Part shown: piece after piece, positions 38,406 through 54,365 of the stretch
How positions within the stretch are numbered: position 1 is the stretch's first letter
How the letters are laid out: the number at the start of each line of letters is the position of its first letter
NCBI GenBank assembly: GCA_046563655.1
Contig: CM102284.1
Coordinates: 1,054,001-1,118,000, forward strand
DNA: 64,000 nt
Reading direction: 5' to 3'
Source: Yuukianura sp. NJ FZ-2021
Taxonomy: Eukaryota
Notes under the pieces: generated by a model
Told to the model about the DNA's origin: nothing
The model's database searches: none
Seen by the model: only the letters and a program-made list of their open reading frames with translations
Made by a program: the position numbers and the translations under genes

Positions 38406-39675
38406 ATGACTTCGCTCTGGATAACCGCCTTGATGTTCGTTGTTATTGGCAAGTCAATTGGATTGTTACAAATTTATCAAAGTTCTTGTACTGTAATGTA
38501 ACTTGTTTTTTCAAGTTTGTGTAAATTTGTTGCTCAGATGCCGCTCCAAGGCCAGACTCAACAGCATTAACTGACGAGGATTTTGCAAATGGAAATTTGT
38601 TGCTACAACACGATTTCGGAGGAGATCGGCAGTATAATTTTTCCATGGAAGAAGCCCTTCACAGTGTACTATAAACATACTAACGTTGTCACTATTCAAT
38701 AAGGTTGCTATAACACCCATTTATATAAATGCGCCAACAGGTTGTGCCATAACACCGACTTTCTTTAAAAACACAAAAAAAACAGCAAATTTTTTTTCAA
38801 TTTTGTTGATTTTCACAACAACCATTTGAATTTTTTCTTTAATCATAGTTTTGATTTCGAATTTCTAACGCAACGGAGGAGCCGCGTGAGATGTGCGGTT
38901 CAGGTTCAATAATTTGAAAATTTGAAAAAATGAGATTTGATATAACCTGTTAAGAAAAAACAAACAAAATTTGGATTTAAACAAACCTTGCTATACACTA
39001 CATATTCAAAATACTATAATCGAAAAGTGTATATTGCAAAATATACCAACACCTTCTATGTTGTAGGCAGATGTAAGCAACGCTAATAGAAGGAGACGCT
39101 GGGGTACTGGCACAATTCCGTACGAAATCAGTTCTCTTTACAATTCAAACCAGCGTGCCGTTGTTGCCGGGGCAATTCAAGAATATTCCCGCCGTACATG
39201 TATAAAATTCGTTCCGCGGAAAAACGAGCGTGATTACATTCATATTACACCGGATGATGGACAGGGAAACAGAGTCAGTCCATACTGTTATTCATGGGTG
39301 GGAAAAATGGGCGGGAAACAATTTGTCAAAATGTATGGAGAGTGCGTTCGCCTTGCCGCTATGATACATGAACTGGGTCATGTGATTGGATTTGAACATG
39401 AACATAACCGTCCAGACAGAGACAACTACATCACTATTCTTTGGGACAACATTGATAGAACGTATCACTATGCTTACCAAAAAGTTAGCGCAAGTGAATA
39501 CGACACTTTAGGACTTCCTTACGACACGACCAGTACGATGCACTATCCTGATTACTCTTTTGCCAAGTCAGGAAAAAAGGCATTCCTGCTCAAATCAGGA
39601 AAACAATTGGATAGAGAAAATCAACGACTGTCTACAACTGACATTGCTAAAATCAAAAAGTACTACAACTGTTAA
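38406..39675 (+). CDS. Astacin (M12A) metalloprotease, copy 1 (exons 38406-38448, 38538-38665, 39067-39675)
   Basis: Signal-peptide exon, short propeptide, zinc motif HELGHVIGFEHEHNRPDRD, Met-turn STMHY. Confidence 0.9.
38700..38990. mobile_element. MITE, CAAGGTTG-TIR family, copy 3 (intron 2 of astacin 1)
   Basis: TAAGGTTGCTATA...AAACCTTG; flanks CTATTCAA/CTATACAC match at 6/8; absent from the paralogous intron of astacin 2. Confidence 0.7.
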
Positions 39676-40335
39676 ATTGTTTTTTTCCGAAAAATTTAAA
39701 ATACAAAATTTAAACCAAATTAAAAGAAAATTGCGGCTGATATGAAGAATTTAAAGAATGTTATACAGCGTGTCACACTTAAAACTGAACACCTTCAGCG
39801 TAAACAACTTATTTATTTTTTAAACCATGAGGAGATTTGTTAGCTAATTTCTGAATTATTGAAAACAGATCGTTTTTGCCAAGCGACAGAAAATTTGCAA
39901 AACAGAACAAGTATATAGTTGACGTGCTTATAGATTTTTTGAACGTAGATGAAAAAAAATTGAATAGTTTGGCTAGGAAATTTATTTTTCTAACTTGAAT
40001 ACTATGATTTTTAAACAAATGGTTTTTAGCCTGCTCATCTAAACTATATTTTTTAAAATATTCTTGATTGTAAAACACTTCATCGACTCACCGAAGCTTT
40101 ACAAGTCAAAAACTATTTTTTACATGAGCACGTCACTTTTTTTTAGACACAAACAGATTATACGAACATAGAGTGTTCGTATTGTTATGAAAATGATTGA
40201 CGTCCGTGTGCAGTTTTTTAATTCAGAAATTCAATATAAAAATGTTCCAATACAGTTTAAATGTGACTTCGCTAGCTTTTTAGTACTCCATTTGACCGAA
40301 TGTTTGCACTTGAATGTTGAACAAACTTAAAAATA

Positions 40336-41324
40336 ATGAATGTGCTTTGGATCTTCGCCGTGGTGTTCGTCGTCGCTGGCAAGTCAATTTGATTTTTTTT
40401 TTTGCTTTTTCAAAATTATCAAATATCAAAGTATAAATTTATCAAAGTTATATTATTTTATACAATTTTTTTTAACATTGTGTGAATTCGTCGCTCAGAT
40501 GCCGCTCCAAAACAAGCCACAACCGCCGCATTAACTGATGAGGACTTTGCAAATGGAAATTTCTTACTGGAAAATGATTTTGGAGGAGATCGGCAGTATA
40601 ATCATTCTATGGAAGAAGTCCTTCGCTTTGTAAAAACATACTAAAATTTCTATTACTTATTATTATATTATTATAATATATAATTTCATAAAATGTTTCA
40701 AAATTGCAGAGCGGCATTGGTATAAACAACGCCAACAGGAATAGACGCTGGGGTTATGCTACAATTCCGTACGAAATCAGTTCTCTCTACAATTCAAATG
40801 AGCGTGCCGTTGTTGCCGGGGCAATTCAAGAATACAATAGCCGTACTTGTGTCAAATTTGTTCCGCGGACAACCGAGCGTGATTACATTCACATTACACC
40901 GGATGATGGACAGGGTAACAGAGTCAGTCCATACTGTTACTCCTCAGTTGGCAGAATGGGCGGGAAACAGTTTGTCAAAATGTATGGAGAGTGCGTTCGC
41001 CTTGCTGCTATGATTCATGAATTGGGTCATGTCGTTGGATTTGAACATGAACATAACCGTCCAGACAGAGATAGCTACATCACTATACTTTGGGACAACA
41101 TTGACCCAACGTATCACTATGCTTACACAAAAACTACAGAATATGAGTACGACACTCTGGGACTTCCTTACGACATCTACAGTACGATGCACTATCCTGA
41201 TACATCTTTTGCCAAACCAGGAATGAAGGCATTCACACTCAACAATGGACAACCATTGTACTGGGAAAATCAACGACTGTCTACATACGACATTTATAAA
41301 ATCAAAAAGTACTACAACTGCTGA
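40336..41324 (+). CDS. Astacin (M12A) metalloprotease, copy 2 (exons 40336-40378, 40499-40629, 40710-41324)
   Basis: HELGHVVGFEHEHNRPDRD and STMHY; same exon structure as copy 1. Confidence 0.9.
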
Positions 41325-42584
41325 AATGTTTTTTGAAGAATTTGAAATTTGGAATTTAAATTTGAATAAAAATCGCTCTAAACATGATGAAAAGGTATAA
41401 ATATGTAGTTGCTTTCGGTGGCCATGTAAAAGTTGTTTTTCTAAAAATATCTGCTACTGGTATCAATTTTCCAAAATAGTTGTTAAGATATGATCTAGCC
41501 GAAAGTTTCAAAAATGTGAGTTAATTAAATTTATTAAAAGATTATGAATTTATGGAAACATTTTTCTCTATAAGCGTAACTACAGCAGCAACAGTCAACA
41601 TATTTTCCGCAACTTTCGTCCAAATTGAGTTTAGAACACAATTTTCTCATCATTGGCAGAATCCCTATCTTGTTTTGCAAAAAAAATTAGCAAAAGTCAA
41701 AAATAGGTTTAGAATTTTTTTAACTTTATTCTGCAACGACACATCAATTTTTGATGTTATTAAGAAAAAGATATTTTTTCTGGTAGTTTGTTGGTCTGGC
41801 ATAACTTCAAATTGCTTATCTGCCAGTACCCGGCTTGTGGCTAATTTCTGTAGCAAGGTCGTTTCCGTATTTGATATGTTGTTTTTGGGTCGGTCAATAA
41901 CTGTTCCTTTATCCACTTAATTTTCGTCAACTAACGTCCACTTTGTGGTTTCCATGGAAATGGACATTTCCAGTTCAGACAATACAATTATCGCTGTCTC
42001 GTTTGCGGTGTGCTCTTTTTTTTTCTCCGTCGTTTGTCAAATTAAGTACACGCGTTTTTTGAGTTGAGATATTAAATTATAATAATTAATATAGATTATA
42101 ATTAATTTATAATCGTATCGTTTTTTGTGAGTTACGGCTAAAGAAAGAAAAAAAATCGGGTATTTCCGACCTATAACAAGTTTTCATCAGATTTCTAAAC
42201 ACAAAATTTAAAATTTCTAAACTTTCTAAATTCAGTGCTAACAGATTAAATATCAAAATGTGCTGTAAATTTCAATTTTCATCGCCAAATGTTAGGCCAA
42301 GACAGAGTTATGCCAAATTAACCGATTTTTCGGTGCACGAGGCTTTTTAGCCGTGATAACTGATAGGCTTTACCACAAGCTATACCTCACCTGCAATTTG
42401 CAAAATCTACATACAAAACACATGGTAAAATGAACCACTTCTTTGATTCTGGACGGCCAGTCACTTACATTCAGTATTTTGAAACACAGTAATTTCAATC
42501 TTTTTTTGGAGATTTTTTTTTTGTATTCCACAAACTTTTTTCAAAAAATAGAAACAATAAGATTGCTACTGTGCATCAGTTACG

Positions 42585-44865
42585 ATGCTCACACTACTGC
42601 TTTGTGCAATTGTCATTTTGGTTTGCCTGTTTTTCAATTGGTGGAACCCTAAAAACTTTCCGCCAGGTGAAGTTTTTCATTTTGAACCTTCTTACTCATT
42701 TTGATAGGAATTTTTGACTCTGACATCGCAATGTTGTAGGTTTACGTAAAATTTGTTGTTTGAATATTTTGAAAAAAAAACTATTTTCACAGGTCCAAAA
42801 AATTGGCTTGGGGTTGGAGTTGCGTTTGAAATTTGGAGAATAAATTTAACTTTTCCGTTTCTTGCGTTTATTGAACTCGGGAAAAAGTATGGTGACATCA
42901 TGTACGTTCCGTGGGGCGTCCATCACTCAAGTAATATTCTAAAACTTAATATCTCATTTATGAAAACCAGAAAAAAAGTTTTAAAATTTTGAAGCATCTT
43001 TTTTGAAGTTGTGATTAACAAGTACGAGGACATGAAGGAACTGCTAACAAAACACGAGTTCCATGCGCGCTACGAATTTGAGTACGTGGAGGAGCGAACG
43101 TTCGGAAAATGGATGGGTAAGCTCAGAAACTCTACAAAATTTGCAAAAAAAGGAAGAGTATTTATTCATTAAGTAGCGAAAGCTACTTTATGCATTGACC
43201 TTGTCTGTCTGTCTGTCTGTTTGTCTGTCCGTTTGCAAGTGCCACTTTCTCACAATTCGGGTTACAATCGTATTTAAATTTGTTTTACAGGAGTCCTGTT
43301 TAGTAGTAACAAGATATGGACCGACACTCGCCGTTTTTGTCAAAAGCAACTTTCAACCTTTGGATTTCGAAAATCCGAAACCCTTGGAAAAATACTTCGA
43401 CAGGAATTTCTGGATTTCGCAGCATCGCTGGAAAAATCTATAGAAAATGACTCCGGATTGGTTACAATTGACTTTACTTTTGACAAACCAGTCACAAATA
43501 TTTTGTGGAAACTTACATTTGGATTTGAGTCTAAAGAATGCTTGGAACGACTTCACATAGTCACAGATGCAAATGAACAACTATTGAAAATATTTACCTA
43601 CACAAATCTATTCCTTCCGTTCCCTTTTCTAATAAAGGCGCTTCCACGCCTATCCAACTATTACGCTTTAGCCAAAACGGCCAAAGACAATCAAGACATT
43701 TTTCAAGTAAGTCCTAAAATCACCTGCACAATTTGAAAAAAACAATCAGTTTTCTGAACATGTTTGCAAATACATGAATCCTATTTCGAAAGAAAAGTTT
43801 CCTACAAAAAGTATAATTAAATGAATTCATACAATATAATATAATAAAATATGTTATTAAAAATTAAATGAAATTTGTAGGAACTAGTTCAAGAATCTCG
43901 AAAAAGACAAAAAGCAGGAGAGGATCCATTTAACTTTGTTCAAGCTTTCACGAAAGAAATACAGCAAAATCAAAACACAGTTGGAACAAATTTCACAGGT
44001 ACGTTTAAAATATATATATACTATAATACAAGAATATTTATATATATACTTTTTGGCTAAAATCTAATTTTTAGAGGAGAACCTCATTGCCACCTTGTTG
44101 GATATTTTTTTGGCGGGAACAGAAACGTTGAGTAGATTTTTGGACTACTTAATTTTGTATTTGGTCATGCGAACGGACGTTCAAGACAAAATTTACGACG
44201 AAATTTGTTTGTTGTACCCTGATGGTGGAGTTCCTGCTTGGTCTGACACTGACAAGATGCCGTATACGCAGGCCGTAATTTTTGAAACTCTGCGCCTTGC
44301 AAATGTCGTTCCGATGCCAACTCCACGTCGAAACATTGTTGACTACGAGTACAAGGGATACACTTTTCCAAAAGTAAGATTACGATATTTCAAAAAAATC
44401 AAAAACTTTTCTGGAAAAGGCTATGAATTTTTTGAATTTAAGGGAGCATGTATTGCTTTCAACTTATTTGGTGTGCTAAGTGACCCTGTCTACTGGGGAA
44501 ACGATGTTGACAAATTTTGCCCCGAGCGATTCATTGACCCCCACACTGGAAAACTATTCAGAACAGAGCGTGTGGCGGCATTTGGATTCGGTAACTAAAA
44601 AACAAGAACCTAAATCAAAAATTTGAAAAAGTTAAGGTTTTGAAATTTTTTGCTTAATTTCGCCGCGTTTAACATTAAATTTTTAGGAAAAAGAATTTGT
44701 TTGGGAGAAGTTGTTGCAAAACAAGCCGCGTTTTTCTTCCTAACCGGATTGGTTCAAAAATTCAAAATTTCACAGCCGCCAAATTCCCGCCCTCTGGAAA
44801 ACAATTCTCTGCCGGGGTTTACATCCAGACCAAAACCGTTTCAGATTGTCGTTGCTAAGCGATAG
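42585..44865 (+). CDS. Cytochrome P450, probably CYP2 clan (CYP15/303/305-like), multi-exon
   Basis: N-terminal anchor plus 'NFPPGP'; I-helix 'DIFLAGTET'; K-helix 'ETLR'; 'PERF'; heme motif 'FGFG|KRICLG' split by an intron. Confidence 0.9.
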
Positions 44866-45080
44866 GGTTCAAAACAAAAAAAATATTTATAATAGTTGAT
44901 TTATTCATAATTTTTAGTTTAGTTTTTAGTAGATGAAAAAAATCAGGTTGTTTATTAAATTTGTTCTTCTAATGCGAATCGTGCTTGAATATTAACATGT
45001 TTAAACAAAAAGTTTTTAGCGTGTTTATCTAAATATTTTTGTTAAAGATTGTTTAAATTGTATAACACTTTCCCGCCTTT

Positions 45081-46976
<1,896 letters not shown>

Positions 46977-49667
46977 TCTGTAGTGTACTGAAAACAAAAT
47001 TTTTCAAAAACACACAAAAATTAGAAGACTATTTCAAGTTAATTTCCACCTTTTTGAAAAAAGTTAGAATGATTTGGTCTGAACGCTAGAAAGTTCTGAG
47101 TAAAAAAAATCGTGATTCTTACAGTTTTTGTAGAAAGTAATTTGAAAAATCTGCAAATTGCGTTATGTTGTTGTAGCGAGGAAAGACAAGCGCGTGCCTT
47201 AAATGTTCTAACCTTCCGTGTTAATTAGAATCACTTTACGTGTAAATACGTGACGTTTCAGCCACGAGGGACTTCTTATGTACCGTGTCTGTCCTGTGCC
47301 GCGGCGGTGACTGACGCCAGTCAAAGTATTTCTCGGTGGTGTGACTCTGCTTCAATCGATCAAGCAAAAAACCCGTCCAATTGCTCATAAAAGTTGAAAC
47401 GCGAACTTATGAAGTACAATTGAGTCTGTAAGGCTAAAATTTGTGTGCAAAAAAAAGTTGACAGTGACGTCACGAACCCCGCCTCCAAAATCCAAGGCTT
47501 TAAGGCTTTGCATGTACAGTGCTGTCGAAGAAAAAGCTAAATCAAAAACTTTGATAAGCAAAAAAAAAAGTTTTGAATTTTCCATACAATTCCATACAAT
47601 CCATAACCGCATTTTGTTCTGGCAGTTAAATTTCTTGGAAATGCTAGGTTAGGGTATACTATTTTGTGAATTTCAAATTTTGAACTTTGCTTGTCGAATT
47701 TCAGACCTAAGCGTTTTACAATTTTTTTGAAAACCATTGTATGTATGACATTAACATAAACCGGTTTTTTTTTTGTAACAAACCAGTTGCGCAAGAATGT
47801 GCAAAAATTTTTTTTTGAAGGAATGGACACACCCCCGTGACCAGCAGAATTGTTTAGCACGAAAGTCCTTACGTGCAGCAAAATTAATTTTTTTTGTTAA
47901 AAGTCACGTAACATATTTCAACATGAAATTCGTTTTTGTTTATAAAAAGGTTTGTAATGTGATCATAGCACAATGTTTACAACTTGTGATTTCTTGGAAC
48001 AGATTTAATCTTAAGTTCTAGTTAAAGTTAGTTTAAAAGCGAAACTTAAATTTAGTTGGAATTAACATTTCCTTGGAATCCTCTTCTAAAGTGTCAAAAA
48101 CTAGCCTAGTCAGCGTCTATTTCTGTATGGAGAATTGATAAAAAGAACAATTGTGCTGAGAGTTGAACTTTTTTTTGCCAATTGTCAGAAGTGGTGGTGT
48201 GACATTATGAAGTGCACCACTAAGCCCCAATTAAGCATGAACGCCACGCTTATCATTAAACTGCAACTTTGCAAATTTCAAGTTTTGCAAATTTCCAGGT
48301 TGCTAATTTCCTCCAGCTGAAGAACAAGAATAAAACTCTAAGGTCAATCAATGCCAAATAGCACTTAATTGCAAAAAAAATTGGGACACTTGAGACCAAA
48401 AACCTGTTGAAGAGGTTTTTTTTTTTAAATTTCAGAAATTTTGACACCAGCAGGATCTAAATCTAAGCAGAAATTAAACCGCTGTCGTTCGCGAAAATTA
48501 AAAGCTATTTTTATTCTGTGCCAATATCGATTTCATTGAATTAACTTTTCCTTTCGTTGTTGCAATCTGTGGACATAAATTTTGGCAAAATAGGTCACCC
48601 GTGCCTGGGGTGGAGGAATCGATTGTCAAATTTTGTGCAAGCAGTACGACGTAGAACGGAGCTTATGAAAGGATAATGACAGGGCTCCACTGTGACGTCA
48701 ATCAAGCCAAAAGCAACGGACCAATCACAGAGCAGCTCTGGGTGGTGTGTGTCAGTTCGTGCTCGGAATAAAATATTTGCACAAAAAAACTTGCAACTCC
48801 AAGCTTCAATTCATCGGAAAGGGAGTAACTACTTACAAAAAAAACTTCCAAGTGATGTTTCATCCACACTATTGCCAAAAGAATTTGTATTTTAATTCTT
48901 TGTTAACACTAAAAAAGAATAAGGTTTCCTCAGGGATTCGATGCCATCCCCGGGGAATTGAGGTAATCCCCAAATCCTAGGGGAATTGAGGTAATACCCA
49001 AATCCTCAAGAATAGTAATAGTAATCCCCACCACCAGGAATAACTGGATCCCCGTTATATAAGCGTTGTTATACTGAAAAACAAATAAAACTCATACACT
49101 TTTGAGAAAAATCGACATCCCCATCACCCGCAAAATCCCCTCCGTCGAGCCTGGGGAATCCCCAGTAAAACCCTAATCCCCGTCCATTTCAAATTTTAAA
49201 ATAAAAATATTAAAAAATCACATACTCACATATAAACATATTTTATCTGTTAATCCTAACGGTTAAAATAATTTTTATTTCATTCTGGAGATCTTTCTTA
49301 CCAAATTTTCCAAAAGTTCGGGTTTTCACCCTGAACTAAATAAAAAGCTATGGTTCTTGCTCTGCTTTTACAGATATACAATATGCAAGATTATTATTAT
49401 ATCAACATATAATATTAAAATATTAATGAATATTACTCATACTAAATAATAAAGGAATAAACGAACTGTTAAACACAACAAGTCGGAAAGGTAGAGTCAA
49501 AGTAAAGTTTAGACTTGGAAGAAAAGATAGTTGTCGTCCACTGATTCAGTAAAACTCAAGTAAAAAATTCACTATAAAATTCATAACTTACAAAATTCAA
49601 ATTTTCCAGCCCAAAAATGGCGCTGTCGAAGATTGATCATCTTCCTTGTTTTTATCTACGTTTCAAC

Positions 49668-51667
49668 TCAGGATGCTTCTGCTTTCTGTCTCTGTAACTC
49701 TTTTATTTTTTCACATTGCTGAGCATGTCTCCTAAGTCGTGCTGGTTCACCACTGACGACCATTCCACAGCCTTTGCATAACATAGGAAGTCGCTTCACA
49801 CCAGGCTTGGGGTCACCTTCATAATATTATATTATATTATTATATTATATTATTTATTATATTATATTATTATGTTATTACCTTCTTTGTAATACCCCCA
49901 GATCCTGTCTCTGCCATATCTTCCGTTAGTGGATCGACGTGAAGAGGATTTGCTCTCTTCACTTGCAGTACGAGGTGACCTCCTACGCTTTGGTGTGTCC
50001 TCGTCTCCCGGCTGATATGACCCGTCACTGTCGTAATCCACTTTTACTTTTTTGGAAGTCGGCTCTTCGGAATGACGAACTCCTTCATCTCCCCAAAATT
50101 CCTCATCGCCACCAGTTGTTATCGTTACGACAGTTTCAGCCTTCCCTCCAACATCTTCTAAACATTGGCAAATTAATAGAAAAAAAAATTACAGTTAAAC
50201 AAAAACCAATTTAGGTCGATTTATCGCGATCAGTCTAAGTAAGACTTTATGATTACTCTGATAGCGTTTTTCCCTATAATTTTGCCAATTTTTCACGAAA
50301 TTTTAACAATTTTTCACGTTTTGTTTAAAAAAGATTGACCCCTGCTTTAAATAAGCGTTTAAAACAGCATGTTTAAAACGTCCGTTTAAAACAGGGATAC
50401 CCTGGGTCTAACCCGAACCTGATTCGGATTCCATGTCATCCTCGTCATCGCCCATTGCAGTATCCCCTATAACAATGATGTCGTTAGAATCGTTTGGAGT
50501 TGTAGGAGATGGACTTCCTGAAATTTTGAAATTCACACTTTTTAGAAATCTGCTAAGTGAAAGAAATTGGATTTGAAATTTGAAAATTGTTGGTCTGTGC
50601 CTACGTTCCAGTGAAATTCCGGCGGCCTTGAACTTTTTGACCCATGCTCGTACACTGCTTTCCGGAACGTTGAATTCTCTACCAGCTGGAGTAGGTCCGA
50701 TTTCAACAGCTCGTTTGCAAACCTGGTGAAATTTTCAAAAAATTTTGTCAATTGAAGCAAAGTGATAAAAGTGTCAATCGTTGATAAATCACGTTCGTGT
50801 TTAGTTCAAAGTCAAATTACCGTCAATCTAAACTTATCCTGTAGCACAGTTGGTTTACTACTAGTCCTCCAAGTCCTTGTACTTCCTGGCTCCCGATCTA
50901 AGGTTTTTCGGAAAAAATAGATAGTTGAATCAATTTGTTTCTTTAGGAAGTTTATGCATCGTCTAAAGATCATGCAAACAACATACCACTTGAACCTTGA
51001 GAGGGTTCCTTCTTAATCGCAACGACACGTTTAGCCTCGGTGCTGTTGGAGTTCGACCCATTGAGTCTTGCCTTGACACTCGCAGGACATGCTCGTGGCC
51101 GTGATCGAGGCGTCTCCTGCTTGATTACTTTCGGCTTGACATCGGGTACGTCTTGACTATCCTCTTCGTCGCTCCAGCTCAAATACCCTAGAAAAAACAA
51201 TGCTGATTTAGTTAACTATCACATGACCAATTGAACATTATAAACCTGATCTTGTTAACGGTTACCCTATACCTGTCGCATATGAACCAAAGTTGCTGTG
51301 ATCTTCACTGATATCCATATTCTCACTTTTTCTACTTTTCGACTTCGAACGTCCTCTGGTAGGTGATTTCTCAGCGTCTGAACGATGAGTTGCATAATTA
51401 AAGTCGAATTGAAACTGAAAGTAAACCTATGTAAGACAGGATACAAGACGTACGTGGATCATATCGGACCATTTTCCAGTAGCACTGATTGTCCAGTGCC
51501 TCCGATATCATTGTTTCGATCCTATTCCGATACTTCTCATCCGGTGAACGTTGATCCCGCATTTTTATTTTGATTAATCGAATTTCGTTTCTCAAAGATT
51601 CAACCTCCTCTTTCAACTCCATTACTTCGGATCTCAACGTCTCTACTACCACATCCGAATCCGCCAT
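49668..51667 (-). CDS. Locus A: putative transcription factor; common coiled-coil/QCYWK N-terminus with two 3' cassettes (Brinker-type HTH 50897-50408; BED-like finger 50157-49668)
   Basis: Common exons end at phase-1 donor 50987 and both cassettes open with phase-1 acceptors. HTH: 'KFRLT|VCKRAVEIGPTPAGREFNVPESSVRAW'. BED-like: 'IWGYY...CKGC...RLRRHAQQC'. Confidence 0.65.
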
Positions 51668-52712
51668 TGCTAATTATTTAGCTGTAGTTTCTTCTGCTTC
51701 AAATTTCAGCTGATCCAATTCAATTTGAAACCTGTTAACAAAATTAAAATTGATGACGAGTAGGAGACGTAATCCTTGCTATTGCTTTTAATGTGCTCAT
51801 GCCGAATACAAATCAGTAATTAAACTTTACTAAATTAAACTTACCAGTTGTAAAATTAACCAACAGTTTACAAAAATTAATACATACAAGAGGGAAAACA
51901 GGGAAGTAAAAAGCTGGCACCCAAACAACACCAATTTCAGACCAAACATGGTTAACATACAGAATAGTTTCAGCACTTGTAACCACATATGATGGCCACT
52001 TTAGCAAAAGTAATGCAGTGCTAGCAAGCATCAAGTGGTTATACATGCACATACAGCTACTGTTTTACACAAAAAATGTTAACGGAAACCGAAACTAACC
52101 AGGCAAATCGTTAAGCTAGGCAATGTAATCGTTGCAGTAATGTTTATTAACAATTCTGTGGTTACAAGCAGTTGATTTGATCCTAATTGCAACCTACATA
52201 ATGAAGGAGCGGAGGAATCACCAGAATCAGAGTATTAGTGACGCGTTCAACTGCGAATTAGGTTGACGTAAGGCTTTCAATCAGTCATGTACCCAACACA
52301 CTACCACTAATAGTTACTGCCTAGTTATGTGACACTGACAAATTTATCAATACTTGAACGAATTAATTATCTTTATAGCCAACTAATTATCTTTCCTTCG
52401 ATGATATGGAAATGTAACATCATCTTCCACCATCACGATGGTCGTCACTTGAAAAATCGCACGCTTGCGACTTGCGATTGCATCAGAAACTTGGAGGACC
52501 AGTTTGGCGCGAAAACTGTTTTGAATTCACGGGAAACACATTGAATTTGAAATTGAATGCATATTGTTGTTTGAACAGTCAGTTTATTCGGCAGATTGAT
52601 AATCGTGTTAAAATTCGAGATTTGACAAGTGATTAGTTGATTTTGAATTGGTTAGGAACTAATCAGTGAACTCCGTAAGATCATTCTTATTTGATTCATA
52701 AAGAAATCCAAC

Positions 52713-54083
52713 ATGCCGCTTTCGTGTCGGTACTACAAAGACCGGTATCCAGAAGTGGATGAAGTCGTCATGGTCAACGTTAAACGCATTGCAGAAATGG
52801 GGGCCTACGTCCATCTCCTGGAGTACAACAATATCGAAGGCATGATCCTCTTGTCCGAACTCTCCCGAAGACGTATTCGGAGTGTAAACAAATTGATTCG
52901 GATTGGGAAAACGGAGCCGGTAGTAGTCATCAGAGTGGACAAAGAGAAAGGTAGACGATGACACATTGATTGTTCCAAAAATCAAAAAACGTTTATAATT
53001 CAATTGCTTACGTTATCCAGGTTACATTGATCTTTCAAAACGTCGAGTTGCAGCGGAAGACATTGAGAAATGTAACGAGCAGTTTTCCAAGGCCAAGGCC
53101 GTCAATTCCATTCTTCGTCATGTGGCTGATCTCCTTGGTTATGACAGTGACGTCCAGTTGGAAGATTTGTACACCAAGACAGCATGGCACTTTGAAGAAA
53201 AGTATAAACGAAAGGCCTCTGCATATGATGCCTTCAAGCAGGCAGTTCAGTAGGTGCTATACCACTAACTATCGTTCTGGACAGAGATAGGTCCAGAGTT
53301 TTGAAAGTACCGCCAAGGAAACTTTTGAACTATAGGAGTTTCATTGGCGGTCTTTTCAAAACTCAGGAACTACTTGTGTGCTGATGGATACTTGTTCGTA
53401 TCCATTACCGTCAAAAATGAAAGCTATGTCAATTGAATTTCGATTTGTTTCATACAGAGATCCCACAGTTCTGGACGAGTGTAACTTGGATGAAGAGACA
53501 AAGACAACTTTGCTCAACAACATTCATCAAAAGCTGATGTTACAGTCAGTGAAGATTCGTGCGGATGTCGAAGTGAGTTGTTTTGCATACGAAGGGGTAG
53601 AAGCTGTCAAGAAAGCTCTGCGTGCTGGACTCGAGTGTTCCACTGAACAGATTCCAGTAAAAATCAATCTTATTGCTCCACCTTTATATGGTAAGAGGGA
53701 GGCAGAAGTTCCAAAATCATCAAAATTTTTGTCTTTCTACAATTCAGCATGATTATTCGTTTATCCTAACTTTTGAATTTCTAGTGGTTACTGCTTCCAC
53801 TCCAGAGAGACAAGAAGGGATTGAATTGGTTCAGCAAGCAATTGATCGAATTGAAAAGACGATCAAGAGCCTCGGTGGCAGTTTTAATGTCCAAATGGGT
53901 CCTAAAGTCGTCACTCAGATTGATGAGGACGAGCTAGTTCGGGCCATGGAGAGAGCACAACTTGAGAATCAGGAAGCTGATGGTGACGATGATGGAGATG
54001 ATGAAGATGCTGGCGGAGAAGAAGCAGAGAACAAGGAAAATAGCAAGGGTGGATCTGATGGAGAGGAAGACGGTGAAGATTGA
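52713..54083 (+). CDS. EIF2S1: Eukaryotic translation initiation factor 2 subunit alpha (exons 52713-52950, 53021-53249, 53458-53690, 53785-54083)
   Basis: '[20 protein letters not shown]' (Ser51 site), '[17 protein letters not shown]', 'INLIAPPLY', acidic tail. Confidence 0.98.
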
Positions 54084-54365
54084 AAAAAAAATCAAGAAAA
54101 AAATCAAGATTTCTTATGTCAACTCGTTTCTAAACATTTATTAATTCTGCTGGACTCTTAATTCTAATTCATTAGAATTAAAACCGTGGATTTGGTTCAA
54201 AACAGTTTGATTTTGCTCACTTTCCACATCTACATGAAACTAATCGACACGACGATAATCAATTAACTTCATTGTGACTTACCAGATAACATTTATGAGT
54301 ATAAAAATGAAAACAAAAATGAGTTCTTTTCTACAATATAACACTGTCTACGCCATGACGTGCAT

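Noticed and set aside
48930-49185. GGGGAATTGAGGTAATCCCC duplicated motif with CAGG-like ends
   Set aside because: Imperfect termini and no TSD; cannot be classified.
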